Shown here one piece after another: positions 23,503 through 36,632 of a DNA stretch of 64,000 bases; the first letter of the stretch is position 1; each line of letters opens with the position of its first letter. The notes below the pieces were generated by a model, which was not told the origin of the DNA, searched no databases, and saw only the letters and a program-made list of their open reading frames with translations. Origin of the DNA: Heteronotia binoei (Eukaryota); contig NC_083227.1 in the NCBI RefSeq assembly GCF_032191835.1, forward strand, positions 17,174,001 through 17,238,000, in the 5' to 3' direction. The position numbers were made by a program, and so were the translations under genes.

Positions 23503-25544
23503 TTTTATTCCCAGCCACAGTTCCTGAGGCAGAAAGGACATTCTGCATTAGCAAGTATCTCCTGAGGCAAATCAGGTAAATGAAAAGGAAATTCCCTCAT
23601 TCCCAAACAACACTACTTTAAAATTAATTCCATTCCCTCAAACTATTGATTGTCACTACCATGAAGAAGTTATTACTCTACAAAACCAGCATTAAAAGAG
23701 GTGGTAAACCTGGGTCTGGACTGCAAGTGAGTGCTGCACATTTTAACACCCCTCCTTAGGAAAAAAAAACAACAGTCTCTGCCCACAGAAAACTAGTGTC
23801 AGGGGAAAGGATTCTGTTCCTGAAAAGCTAGCTTAAACTAGGTTGCTGCTGCACATTTGAATATGAACCGCTGATGGAAAACAGGAGAGGATGTCATACC
23901 TTGCTTCTGGGCTTCTTGGAGACATCTAGGTATCCACTGGTGGAGACAGGATGCTAGGCTAGGAGGACTGTTTGGTCTGATCAAGCAGGACTTTCTTAAG
24001 TTCTAAGCAGGGGTGGAATTCTAGCAGGAGCTCCTTTGCATATTAGGCCACACCCTCCTGATGTAGCCAATCCTCCAAGAGCTTACAAAAAAGAGCCTTG
24101 AAAGGTCTTGGAGGATTGGCTACATCAGGGGTGTGTGGCCTAATATGCAAAGGCGCTCCTGTTAGAATTCCACCCCTGCTTTTAAGTATAGCAATCTTTC
24201 CTTGGGAAATAACTCCAGAAGGGTAGCAGTGTTAGTATGTCACAACAAAAATGAACAGGACTCTAGCAGTACCATAAGGGCTGAAATCATTTCTAAGCTA
24301 TGGCCTTCATCCATGGAAGCTGCTGCTAGAACAACAACATGCTGGTCTTCAAGGTGCCACAAACCTTTGTGGATCATTTTGCAACAGGAGCCTCCTCCCC
24401 TACCACTCGTGATCAGAAAGCAAAGCTTTCCTTGTCCACAAATCAAGATTTTAAATCAGGATTTAAACCACAGTTTGTAATACCAGCTTGCCAGCAAGAG
24501 ACAAAGCCACAGTTTGTTAAAGCATCCATTGCACTGAATTGTGGTTAGCTCAAAGAGTTCCTAAACAGGAGAATTTTTCAATCCTAGCTCTGCTTACAAG
24601 GAGAGTGGGGAGGGCACATGAAGATAAGAATGCCTTCTCTCTTCACAAACAAATGCAACCTTACTCATGGTGCTTGAACACCCACAGAGAAGCAGAGGGT
24701 CCAGATAGGTGCATTGTCCCTTGCAGCAAGGAACACCAAGTGACATTCTCATTTAGAGACATTGAATCATAGAGCTGGAAGGGGCCATACCCCCTGTTCA
24801 ATACAAGATCAGCCTAGAGCATCCCTGACAAGTGTTTGTTCAGTTGTTGCTTAAAGACTGTCAGCAAAGAATTTTAATTTATTCATTACAAGGTTGGCAT
24901 CTTGACTCACCTGCGCTCAAGACAGCTCATATTATTTAAAAATGTGACATCTTTTTAAAAAACCACTGCAAAAAACCCTTAACTACCTCACATGTCAAAA
25001 CATTGCCCGCATCTCAGGGACACAACAGCTGCATCCAGATGGCAAATGTTAAGGGTGGTTAAACTGAAATTCAGCAGCCTAGCTTGTCATTAGGTTTACT
25101 GGCTTATCTACCTTGTTCCACTTGTCTTGCATGGAAACCAATCAAGGCCTCCCAAGATTAAAAATTCAACCCACCTACTTTAATACCCTTTTAAACCTTT
25201 CTTGATGAAGACAAACTGCAGGCCTGTTCTCAGTGGGAGGCAGCTATGTTGCTACCCCAGGAGCAGTCTGATTCTAGCATACCCACATTCCTAAAGGTTA
25301 GGGAGAAAGCATCTTTGGGCATGTGCAGAGTGTACTGTTTAAATCGATGGTGTGGCCTCACTTGGAGTACTGTGTACAATTCTGGTCACCGCCCCTCAAA
25401 AAAGATATAGTGTTGGGAAAAGTCCAGAAAAGGGCAACTAGAATGATTAAAGGGTTGCAGCATTTTCCCTATGAAGAAAGGGACCCTGATGGATCCCAAT
25501 AGTGTGAGTTAGTAGAAAGCAGCTTCATGTGTCTTCATATTTTG

Positions 25545-26020
25545 GGAGGGCTCAAGGCTCAGTGGAAGAGCCAGTTTGGTGTAATGATTAAGTGAGCAGA
25601 TACTTATCTGGGAGAACTGGGTTTGATTCCCCATTCCTCCACTTGAAGCTGCTAGAATGGCCATGGGTCAGCCATAGCTCTCGCAGAGCTGTCCTTGAAA
25701 GGGTTCAAGTAATTCAGCAGCAGGTTAATGCTCTCTGGCCACGCACAGGAGATTTTTGAAATGTGAGCCGCTCTGAGGTTCGTAGTGGAGGGCAGGATAG
25801 AAATCCAATAATATCTTCTTTTTCTTCTTCCTCTTCCTTCTTCTTATGCCAAAGTCCCAGGTTTTATCCTTGGCATCACCAGTTTTAAAGAACCAGGTAG
25901 GAGGTGATGTGAAAGACCTCAGACTGAGACCCTGAAGGAGGGCTGCCAGTATGAGTCAGCAATACTGATCGTGGCAGACCTCAGTGATCTAATTCAGTTT
26001 AAGGCAGCTTCATGCATTTA
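25545..26020 (+). mobile_element. Squam2-like SINE interrupted by a Squam3-like SINE (25568-25845)
   Basis: GGCTCAGTGG head is cut by GAGCCAGTTTGGTGT...; the body resumes ~25846 and ends TAAGGCAGCTTCATG. Confidence 0.7.
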
Positions 26021-26049
26021 TGTGCACTTGCGACATAAAAATGTAACAT

Positions 26050-26330
26050 GCAGGTTCACAGTTATGGTATTAACCTTTAAGACCCTAATGGTCAAGGACC
26101 AGATATCTTCAGGACCCCCCGAAGAGCATTATGCTTGATTGATAAGAATTTGCTGGTAGTCTCTGGCCTGAGGGACATCTAGCTATCCTTTACCAGTGCC
26201 AGGGCATTTTTAGCCCTGGCCTCAACCTGATGGAACTCTCTGCTGAATAACATCCATGCTCGGTGGGACTTAATGCAGTTCTGCAGAGCATGGAGGGCAG
26301 AGATGTTCAACCAGACATCTGGTTGAGGAC
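26050..26330 (+). mobile_element. L2 LINE 3' fragment
   Basis: GTATTAACCTTTAAGACCCTAATGG...CCAGGGCATTTTTAGCCCTGGCC...TGGAACTCTCTG resembles the squamate L2 C-terminal region (recalled, unverified). Confidence 0.5.
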
Positions 26331-26911
26331 AGCAATAGCTTTCCAGCTGGCTGGCCAGGGCTTTTTTTGTAGCAGGAACTCCTTTGCATATTAGGCTACC
26401 CCCCCCCCACCCCGATCTAGCCAATCCTCCAAGAGCTAACAGTAGGCCCTGTAAGAAGAGCCCTGTAAGCTCTTGGAGGATTGGCTACATCAGGGGGGTA
26501 TAGCCTAATAGGCAAAGGAGTTCCTGCTACAAAAAAAAAGTCCTGTGGCTGGCACTCCTGTTTCTCCTGCCCTCCCCCCTGGGCACTAGCATAGTCTGGC
26601 AGCCTTATTGCCATCTTATTGGTCATAGGTTCACCACTGTTGTGTCAATACATTATGGATTTCTAAATTACAGTTGAATTCTGAAAATGTTTTTATTGGT
26701 GTACAAAACCCTGAGCCCTGTTTTACAGGTGAGAGCAGTTTTAAAATATCATTTAATAAACTGTGGAATCATTTTTCCCCCACCTCGCTAAATAGAATTC
26801 TATCCTCTGGCTTGAAATCCCAGTTCACAGAAGGAATACTAACTCAGGTTAACCCATGCACTTGCATTTTGTACATCTCAAGTAGTCGGAATTAAGTTTC
26901 TAACTGGGATT

Positions 26912-27298
26912 AGAATCATAGAGTTGGAAGCAGCCATACAGACCATCTAGTCCAACACCCTGCTCCATGCAGGATCAGCCTAAAGCATCTCTGACAAATA
27001 ATCATTCAGCCACGTTTTGAAGACTGCCAGTAAAGGGTAGCTCACCACCTTCCTAGGCAGCTGGTTCCACCTCTAAACTACTCTGTAAAAAATGTTTTCC
27101 TAATAGCCAGTCGGTACCTTTTCGCTTGTAATTTGAGCCCATTGCTTCGGGTCCTATCCTCGGCTGCCAAGTGGAACAGCTCCTTGCTCTCCTCTAAATG
27201 ACAGCCTTTTGAATATTTAAAGAGAATAATCATGTCCCCCCTCAATCTCCTCTTCTCCAGACTGAACATTCCCAAGGCCCTCAGCCTTTCCCCATAGG
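26912..27298 (-). mobile_element. CR1 LINE 3' fragment
   Basis: ORF 27078-27275 MFSLEKRRLRGDMIILFKY...GLKLQ; TAGAATCATAGAG tail. Confidence 0.85.
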
Positions 27299-28310
27299 GT
27301 TCTTCCTCTACTGATTCACTCAGTGTAGAGGCTTTCAGGAGCCAAAAGGAATCTAGATCTTGCTGAGGGGCCTGGAATCTCCTGGGCAGAGGGGAGCCAT
27401 CAGCAGATCCTACTTAGGAGACATGGGAGAGCAATGGATCTGCATGGGGAGTGGTGGGGGGGAAATGCAAATTCTTCAGAGAGGTTGGTGGGGGGGGAAT
27501 GCAAATTCTTATACCCAACTGGTGATATATTAGCTTGCTGCTTAACTTTGATCACATCAGGAAAGAGATAGAGCTTCCCAAACATTTCTTTTTTTACTTC
27601 AACAAATAAATGAGCTTGGACTTGGGGAGGATCATGGAGGCAAGCGATTGTCCTTCCCCCAAGAGCTGCTAAAGGAATTCACGATCGACTGGAGTTCTGC
27701 ATATTCAGATGCTAACTCTAAAGAACAGTTTCTTTTCCCCAACAGCCAGTTACACTGATTCATTGCGAGGCCCTTTGCTGAGTCTTCAGGTATGAGAAAA
27801 CTGTGAGGGTCTGTGGCTCAGTGGTAGAGCATTTGCCTGGTGTGCAGAAGGTCCCAGGTTCAATCCCCCCCAACCCCAGTTAAAAGCAGGTGATGTGAAA
27901 GACCTCTGCTTGAGACCTTGGGAGCTGCTGCCAGTCTGAGTAGACAGTACTGACCTTGATGGACCAAGGATCCAATCCAGTACAAGGCAGCAGCATGTGT
28001 GTACATCTATGCTCTTGCTGGTCAGTAACAAATAAGGAGAAAAAGTTGCAAATCCTGACACACGGCCCACATTATTATCCCATGCACATTCTGCATGAAT
28101 GCATCTCTGATTATTCGCTTCCCTGGCAGGGGTTGTGTATCACAAGGTCATCATGCCTGACAGCTCAATTAAAATGCTGACTCTGTGTGCACAGTGTGGT
28201 GAGTGCCAGTGTGGTAGAGTGGTTAGAATGATGGACTAGGATCTGGGAGACTCCAGGTTTGAATCCCCCCTCTGCCACAGAAGCTTGCTGGGTGGTAATT
28301 TGGGCTGGTC

Positions 28311-28797
28311 ATAGAATCACAGAATCATAGAGTTGGAAGGGACCTCTAGAGTCATCCAGTCCAACCCCCTGCACAATGCAGGAAACTCACAAACACTTCC
28401 CCCTAAATTCACAGGATCTTCATTGCTGTCAGATGGCCATCTAGCTTCTGTTTAAAAATCTCCAAAGAAGGAGAACCCACCACCTCCCGAGGAAGCCTGT
28501 TCCACTGAGGAATTGCTCTAACAGTCAGGAAGTTCCTCCTAATGTTGAGCCGGAAACTCTTTTGGTTTAATTTCAACCCACTGGTTCTGGTCCTACCTTC
28601 CAGGGCCACAGAAAACAATGCCACACCATCCTCTATATGACAGCCATTCAAGTATTTGAAGATGATGATCATATCACCTCTCATCTGCCTCCTCTCCAGG
28701 CTAAACATCCCCAGCTCCTTCAACCTTTCCTCATAGGACTTGGTCTCCAGACCCCTCACCATCTTCGTCGCCCTCCTCTGGACCCGTTCCAGCTTGG
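28311..28797 (-). mobile_element. CR1 LINE 3' fragment
   Basis: ORF 28409-28807 LERVQRRATKMVRGLETKSYEERLKELGMFSLERR...WNRLPREVVGSPSLEIFKQKLDGHL; CATAGAATCACAGAATCATAG tail. Confidence 0.9.
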
Positions 28798-29000
28798 TCA
28801 CACACACACAGTTAGCCTGACCTACCTCGAAAGGTTGTTCTTATAAGAATGAAATGGATGGGAGAACAATGTAAGCGGCTTTGGATCCCCACTGGGAAGA
28901 AATGCAGGATATAAATCACGGGTTTTTAAAGATTTTTTTTTTAAAAAGTAAAACCTATGCAAGGAATTGCTAGGAAACACAGAGTTTAGCTACATCAGTG

Positions 29001-29255
29001 GCCAGTTTGGTGTAGTGGTTAAGACTGATGGACTCTAATCTGAAGAACTGGGTTTGATTCCCCACTCCTCCTCTACCTGCAGCCAGCTGAGTGACCTTGG
29101 ATCAGTCACAGTTCTCTCAGAGATGTCCTAGCCCCACACCTCCACATCTTACAGAATGTCTGTTGCAGAGAGAGGAAGGGAAGATGATTGTAAGCCGCTC
29201 CAAGACTCCTTCAGGTAGTGAAGAGCGAGGTATAAAACTAACTCCTATTCTTCCT
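29001..29255 (+). mobile_element. Squam3-like SINE
   Basis: GCCAGTTTGGTGTAGTGGTTAAG head through GAAGAGCGAGGTATAAAAC. Confidence 0.75.
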
Positions 29256-29931
29256 TACCAGGAAGGCTAAGTGGAGCCTAGATGTTCAGAAGCAGTATAG
29301 CTCTGAAAAGAAAAGGCTGGGAGGCAACAGCAAGAGGAAGCTTGTAGTCTCCTCCTTCAGGGCATCTACTGTGGGAAACAGGATGCTGGTTAAGATGAAC
29401 CCTTGCCCTGATGCTACGCAGCTCTTCTTTTGGGGATTATGTTCAGTCACACCTTCTCCTAGCCAATCAAAATTTGTTTCACCCTGAGCAACAAGGCCCT
29501 TTTTAACCACCCAGTGCATTTTAAGAAATCCTGCTCTTTCTCCAAAGGAGCTCAGTGCAACCTGCACCGTTCTCCCAGTGTATCCTCACAACAACCCTGT
29601 GAGATAGCTGGGGCTGAGGGAGCACAACTGATCTGAACAGAACTGGCAGAGTCGGGTACCTGAACAATATGGTCCAGTCTTGTCCCCATTATCTTACCCT
29701 ACTGCTTCAATTTCAGGCCCAATTTAAACCCAACGTTAAGGGGCAAGAAGCTTTTATCTGCACAATGGCCCACACATCTGATAGCTGCTTTAAATGGGGC
29801 TGCTACACATGGCAAGTTGGCAGACCCTTGGATTGTTCACCAGAGCTAAAGTTCTGGCACTGATACGGAGGATACTATGATTAAAGGTCAAGCTTAAACT
29901 ACATGCCATTGGTGGGAGATGGGTGAGAAGC

Positions 29932-30310
29932 TAAGGTTGCCAACTCCAGGTTGGGCAATTCCTAGAAATTTCAGGATGGAGCCTGGGGAGGACCCTCACT
30001 GGGCTACAATGCCATAGAGATCACTGTTCTCTCTAAGCTGCAGAGTCTTGTGAGCAAAAATTCTACTTTGTGAGCTACTGGCATTAAAGTTGTGAGCTGC
30101 TGCAGAAATTATTGTGCTCTGTGGTCATCCTTCCTATGCTAAGACAAAAATGTGTGAGCTGGAGGCTAAAAATCTGTGAGCTAGCTCCCGCTAACTCAGC
30201 TTAGAGGGAATACTGAAGTCCACCCTCCAAAACATCCCTCTTCTCCAGGAGAACTGATCTCTGCAGTATAGAAATGAGCTGTGATTCCGGGGCTTCTCCA
30301 GGTCCCACTG
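29932..30310 (+). mobile_element. TAGGGTTGCCA MITE with nested CCCTCTAAG-TIR MITE (30022-30215)
   Basis: Inner TIRs CACTGTTCTCTCTAAGCT / AGCTTAGAGGGAATACTG interrupt the host at GCCATAGAG|..|AGTCCACCCTCC. Confidence 0.7.
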
Positions 30311-30439
30311 ACATTTCTATGTCCTGCAGGAAAACTGCACTATCCAAAAAGTCCCTCTTTTGTATAAACTAGCTTAATAAAAGATGCTTCCCTTTTTGCC
30401 TTATTTAATACGCTTAACATGGCTAGGACTAGGTGTCTG

Positions 30440-30800
30440 GAGTGCATCAATAAAGTAACTGTCGCAGCCGATTGATGGCGACCCCAAATAATTTGCAAAG
30501 CCACCCCCGGCTGGGGAGGATCCTGAATGGTCTATTTGCGTCGCTGCCCCTTCCTTCCACTCACCGATTTCCTGCTCTTTGTGTTGATCTTTCTCCCCCC
30601 GCTCCAACACCCCCATTTCCCCATCCATCCACCTATCCGCCCCCAACTCACTTTTCCGGTTGGGTAGTTGCAATCCAAGGGGGAGGGATCCCTCAATCTT
30701 GCACCATCTAAAAATGCTGGATCTTGCCACCCAGCCAGGAGGAGGGACGGGAAGAGGAAGTCAACCCAGAGGCCACCACATTGATGTTTTCTGGACCTTT
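30440..30800 (-). promoter_or_regulatory. CpG-enriched candidate ZF-2 promoter / non-coding first exon
   Basis: Local CpG cluster, ETS-like CCGGAA/GGAAGT words, minus-strand donor AAAA|gtgagt at 30652/30651. Assignment to ZF-2 (7 kb away) is inferred. Confidence 0.35.
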
Positions 30801-31001
30801 CTAGGACTTAGAGCTCTGTCTCTTTAACCCTTTCAATAAGCAGCAATATTGCGGCACCTTAAAAACTCACCAATTGTTCCAGCATAAACTTTTTGGGGTG
30901 GAGCCTGCGTCCTGGAATGATGTTCAATAGCTTAAATCTCGTGGCGGAATATGTGTGTGTGTGCGTGTGTGTGTGTGTGCGTGCGCGTGTGTATATCTAT
31001 A

Positions 31002-31292
31002 NNNNNNNNNNNNNNNNNNNNNNNNNNNNNNNNNNNNNNNNNNNNNNNNNNNNNNNNNNNNNNNNNNNNNNNNNNNNNNNNNNNNNNNNNNNNNNNNNNN
31101 NNNNNNNNNNNNNNNNNNNNNNNNNNNNNNNNNNNNNNNNNNNNNNNNNNNNNNNNNNNNNNNNNNNNNNNNNNNNNNNNNNNNNNNNNNNNNNNNNNNN
31201 NNNNNNNNNNNNNNNNNNNNNNNNNNNNNNNNNNNNNNNNNNNNNNNNNNNNNNNNNNNNNNNNNNNNNNNNNNNNNNNNNNNNNNNNNNNN
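31002..31292. other. Assembly gap (291 N)
   Basis: Run of N following a (GT)n/(AT)n microsatellite. Confidence 0.99.
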
Positions 31293-31688
31293 AGAAATAT
31301 CTGAGACCATTGGGGGTGGAGGCAGGAGCAAGGGAGTGACAAGCATAATAAACTCCATGGGACTTCTGGCCATCACATTTAAAGGGACCACACACATTGT
31401 TCCTTTCATAGGGAACAATGAAGAATAGGTGCACCTTCTTTTGGGGCTCATAGAATTGGACCCCCTAGTCCAATCTTTTTGAAACTTGGGGGTTATTTTG
31501 GAGAGAGGCACTGGATGGTATACTGATAATTTGGTGCATCTACCTCAAAACACAGCCCACACCAGAGCCACAGATACCCATGGATCAATTTTTCATTATT
31601 TCCTATGGGAATAAGTCTCCATAGGGAATAATAGAGTTCCCAGCAGACATTTCCCTCCCCTCCCCCCGCTTTCTGATGAACTCCAGTC

Positions 31689-31812
31689 CGATGGATGGAT
31701 GGATGGATGGATGGATGGATGGATGGATGGATGATGGATAGAAAGATGGATGGATGGATGGATAGATGGATAGAAGATAGAAGATAGATGATGGATGGAT
31801 CGATGGATAGAT
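31689..31812. repeat. (GGAT)n/(GATA)n tetranucleotide microsatellite
   Basis: Direct inspection. Confidence 0.95.
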
Positions 31813-33302
31813 AATGCACGTACATTCACATAAGCAGGGGTCATTAACACAACTCATTTGCATATGCCACACACCCCTGACATCACCAGAAGGTGTACTA
31901 AATTATATCAGCTCAGCATCTACCTTAAAATGCTTCTTGAATTATAATAGAATAAAATCTTACTCCCATTATACTTTTAAAATACATCCTATGTGGCCAC
32001 AGTGGCATGATAATTTCTATGTCTGCTTATATATTTTGGTCATTTTCCCATTTTTCATGAGACAAAATATTAGAAAGTTTGTCATATCTTAGAGACCAGT
32101 AAAATTCTCACAGGGGAATTGAACAATGGAGCACAGAAGCAAGTGGTTATTTTTTTTTTTTTGGGGGGGGGGGGAGAAAGAAAGAGCACAATAAAATTTA
32201 GAGATTCCAGAGCTCCACTCCTGTGAGCTCCTGCCCAAAATGAAGCCCTGCAAATAAGAAGGAATAACTGGCAGGGTCTTCAAAGGAAAAAGAGAGACCC
32301 ATTTCAATCCCTAAAATGAATGGCGGTCTTGGCTAAAAGCTTTAGGCAAATCTCCAGGTGGGCCCTGGAGTTTTCCAAGATGGAGTAAAGTGACCTCCAG
32401 ACTAGAGATCACGGGGGGGGGGGAGAGACAGAATGGCTGAGGGGGGATATGTGTTGCAGCATCACATCCCTGCAGAGCTCCCCCATCAAACTTCCCCTCC
32501 CCTATCCATTGGTTCAAAGTGGATTTAGGTGGCTGCTTCTCTTGTCTGACTCAAGGTCCACTCCAGCCTGACTGGAAAGAGATCTGTCAACCTCATTGTT
32601 TATTCCCAATTGCACCCTTCCTCCAGGGGGCGAGGGATAGACCACTTAGATCTCCCTTGCACAAGTCATCCTAATAACAACAACCCTGTGGTCAGTCTGA
32701 GTGGATTTATTTAAGTATTAAAAATATTAATATGTCTGCCTTTCTCTTTAGCATCTCAACACCCAAGGAGCATAACAATATAAACCAATCTGCTAAACAT
32801 TAAAACAAATGGAAAAATTAACAAAATCTTTTTAAAAACTACTTTATGCTTCCCCCTCTCAACACCAGAGTATTTCCGCTTTGCCTGGGATTGGACTCTC
32901 CAGAACAGCTTGTTTTGGTAGCCTTGCTGGAAAGCAAAAAAGGATAGAAGCTCTTCTGGCGTCTTCAAGAACTAGGGGTGCCAGGTGCCCCTGGCCATCA
33001 GCAGGGGATAGTTTGTGTGTGTGTGGGGGGGGGGGGTTTGCCAGATCCAGGCTGGGAAACATGGAGATGTGGGTTTATGGAGCCTAGGTAAGGCAGGGAC
33101 CTCAGTGGGGTACAATGCCACATAGAGTCCACCCTCCAAAGCAGCCATTTTTTCCAGGGGAACTAATCTCTACAGTCTGGAGATGAGCTATTATTCCAAG
33201 GGATCCCCAGGTCCCACCTGCAGGCTGGCAGCAAGAGGCTCTTCCAGTCTGCCTCTGAAAAAGTTTGAGGTAAGGTTCCAGCATCCAGGTTGGACCTGAA
33301 GT

Positions 33303-33900
33303 AGGGTTGCCAAGTCCAATTCAAGAAATATCTGGGGACTTTGGGGGTGGAGCCAGGAGACTTTGGGGGTGGAACCAGGAGACACTAGGGGTGGAGCCAG
33401 GAGACACTGGGGGTGGAGCCATAAGCAAAGTTGTGACAAGCACAACTGAACTCCAAAGGGAGTTTTGGCCATCACATTTAAAGGAACCGCACACCTTTTG
33501 AATGCCTTCCCTACATTAGAAATAATGAAGGATAGGGGCACCTTCTTTTGGGACTCATAGAATTGGACCTCCTGGTCCAATCTTTTTGAAACTTGGAGGG
33601 TGATTTGAGGAAAGGCATTTGGATGCTACGCGGAAAATTTGATACCTCTACCTCAAAAAAACAACCCCTCCAGAGCTCCAGTTACCCCCAGATCAATTCT
33701 CCATTATACCCTATGAGAACAGATCTCCATAGGGAATAATGAAGTGCCCGGCAGACATTTCTCTCCCCCCTTCCCCGTTTCTGATGACTCTGAAGCGGGG
33801 GATTGGCATCTCTACTCACAAGTTGCTGAACTTCCAACTTCTTCAAAGTAACACAGAGCAACCAAAGGTCCAAGTTTACCTTTCCTATGCAAAGAACCTC
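33303..33900 (+). mobile_element. Long variant of the TAGGGTTGCCA MITE family
   Basis: TAGGGTTGCCAAGTCCAATTCAAG start with tandem GGGGGTGGAGCCAGGAGAC units; same body at 31293-31685, 44157-44472 (reverse) and 53673-54200. Confidence 0.75.
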
Positions 33901-35155
33901 TGAAAGGATTGTGCAACCACAGCCACTGGGAGCAGCCATGTTCTTCTGCTTACTCCCCTGCCCCCCGCCCCCATTCAACCTTAAAGACACAGACACACCA
34001 TCCATTCAGCCTTACAGACACAAGAGGAAGCCTTTCCAAGCAGAGTCTGAAGCCTCCGGAGGTGGAAAGGCACATGGGGGCTGTGGGGACGGGACTTCCC
34101 CCCCTCCTCAGCCAGCTGACTGGGAGCGGGAAGGAGCCTGGGAAAGCAGGAGAACCCCTGCTGGGACCTAGGGATTGGCAAGCCTAACTGAAGTTCTCCT
34201 GACTTAACAACTAATCTCCAGACTACAGACATTAGTTCCCCGGAGGAATATTCAGTGGATTCTATACTACAGATTCTAGGCAAAATCCCTCCCACAGTTC
34301 TCTGCTCCAAAGCCCACATCCCCAAAATCTCCAGGTATTTCCAGGCTGGAGCTGGTGACGCTAGTCCTGGACTGTTGCCCAATATACCATAGCCAAGAGG
34401 GTTACTTGACAGCAGACGTTGCTGGGAAGAATGAAGCATGAAGGGAGAGGCGGTCCTTCCTGTATGTGAGCCCAGGCACTGGCTCTGCTGTGGCAATTAG
34501 CAAGCAAATTTGCACACAGGTGATTTGGGGAGACCCAAAGTGGCTAGCAACAATGAGTAGAGGCCTCAGTGCAGGGCTAGATTAACAATTAGGCCAAGTA
34601 GGCACTGGCCTATGGGGCCTTTAGGAGCCCCTGGCCGGCTCCCCCACATTTCCCCCCTGCTTGCAGCCCTCCCAGCCTGCAGGCACAGCCAGCAGCTGAG
34701 CTGCTCTTTGCCCGACTTGCCTGGTGTGGCTGCTGGTGTTGTCTCCAAGTCTGCCTCTCTCCTGCAGCTTTGTTAAAGGGGCTTTTGAGATGGTGCTTGC
34801 AGCGGGGACGGGTAGACGCTCCAACTCTGAGATAATTTGTGAGGGGGCCCCCAAGATTTTGACTGTCTAGGCGCCTGCACAGGGTTTAATCTGGCACTGC
34901 CTCAGTGTATATTTGCTTGGGTTTCTGAGGCTATCCCCAACCCCCACAACAGAACAGTGAATTTTCAGTCTGATTCGTGACTGGAGCTGTGAGGATGCAT
35001 GATAACATTACACGTGGGATGGAGAAAGTAGACGGAGAGAATTTTCCCCGTCTGCCAAAGTACTAGAACTTGACATGAGGTTACCCTCCCCAGGCTTCAC
35101 CCGTAAATCTCTTTAATGTTCACCCTGCCACTTCAGTGAGGATTTAAATTATGAG

Positions 35156-35743
35156 TGTCACGAGCTGGGGCCAGGCCAGGCGAAGTCCAGGGGCAGTCCA
35201 AGGTCTGTAACCGGTGAGCAAGAGTGTCCAAGGTGCCAAAGCCAAATCGTTGTCCAGGTATCGTAGGTCAGAGGTTCAGAAGCCGTAGTCAGGGGGTCCA
35301 GAAGTCAAGCCAAGGTCAGGAGGTCCAAAGTCAAAAGCCGAAGTGGATGCTAGGACGTCAGGTAGATGACTAGTTGCTTCCACAAAGCCTCCTCCCAAAG
35401 CCTACAGCTATATAGCCCTCTGCTGGCTGTTGCCCATTTGGGCTAATTGCTGGCTCAGAGAGGCAGCCAGGATCCTGTTGCAACTCAAGCATCCTTGCTC
35501 TTAGAAGGGCCAGAATCCTCTCAAAACTCAGGGCTCAGGGAGCGTCTTGCTTGTGAGCGTGCCGCCCTCCTCCGATCCCTGAGGTCCTGACGGAGGCGGT
35601 CACGCACACGCGCCACCCGAGAGGGCGAGGCAGGGGGGCTGGGATCTTCTCCAGCAGGAGGCAGGGGCACTGGTGCAGGTGGCAGGAGCACAGTTTCTGC
35701 TGCAGGCTCAACTTCCTCTACAGGGTCCCCAGCACCCATGACA
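35156..35743 (-). mobile_element. Solo LTR (588 bp), Gypsy-type
   Basis: Termini TGTCA...TGACA with a perfect 5-bp TSD ATGAG (35151-35155 and 35744-35748); GC/CpG-rich. Orientation and superfamily are inferred. Confidence 0.85.
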
Positions 35744-36632
35744 ATGAGCTGGCAGAACTGCCAACTTCCATTTCAAAACATTTTGCAGTTCTGAACTATC
35801 GGAAGTCCACCCAAACTTGGACCCCATTTCAGCCTGCTCATTCAGTAAATAATTTTTTGTTTTGTTTAAAACACTTTTATGCCACCTTTCCACCTGATCA
35901 GGGTCCCCAAATGTTCCCAAACTATTCACCCAAACCAACCTGTTATTTTGTGAGATGACACATTCTATTTTATATTCCTACAAATTTTAAAAAGGGAAAC
36001 TTCGGAGGTCTGTCCACAGACACATTCATCTGTATATATGTCATGGTTTTAGAATTAACACATACAACATCATTTAAGAAGAGAACCTTTGATAATATGT
36101 GATTCAAGTAGTCCTGCCATAAATTGTGTATTTATTACACAAATATATTACAATTCTAATCTGAATCCTGCCCTTTCTCTGAAAAGCCTACGGCAGCATC
36201 CCACCTCAGAAACACCATAATGGCGCAATCGCAGCCAATGCAGAATTAATGGCTCCCACAGCTTCCTCGAAAGGAGACCAGGCCAGGGACTCATGCAAAG
36301 CTGCAGAAGGCACCCTCATTTGCACCTGGATACTTTATGTTCACAGGAAACATTAAAAAAATAATTTCTCACATCATACAGGCAGGGTTTTTTTTAAAAG
36401 ATTCCAGTGAATGCTATCACACAAGGATATCCTGAGGATATGTGCCTTAGGTTTCCCTATCTTGTTTCTGAATGGCCAGCCTAGGGTGATGTCTACTTTG
36501 ACTGGGAGCACAACTCTGGGGTGAGGGTTCCCAATCTTTTTGAGGCGGGGGAGCAACTTTGCAATTCTGACAAAGTATGGGGGATGCAACCACAGAATAG
36601 CAGCTGCAGCTCCCCTTCAGTCACCCAGTGAA

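Noticed and set aside
30893-31511. Several long ORFs spanning the N run
   Set aside because: They are open only because N codons translate as X.
31493-31872. IHPS-repeat ORFs
   Set aside because: Translation of the (GGAT)n microsatellite.
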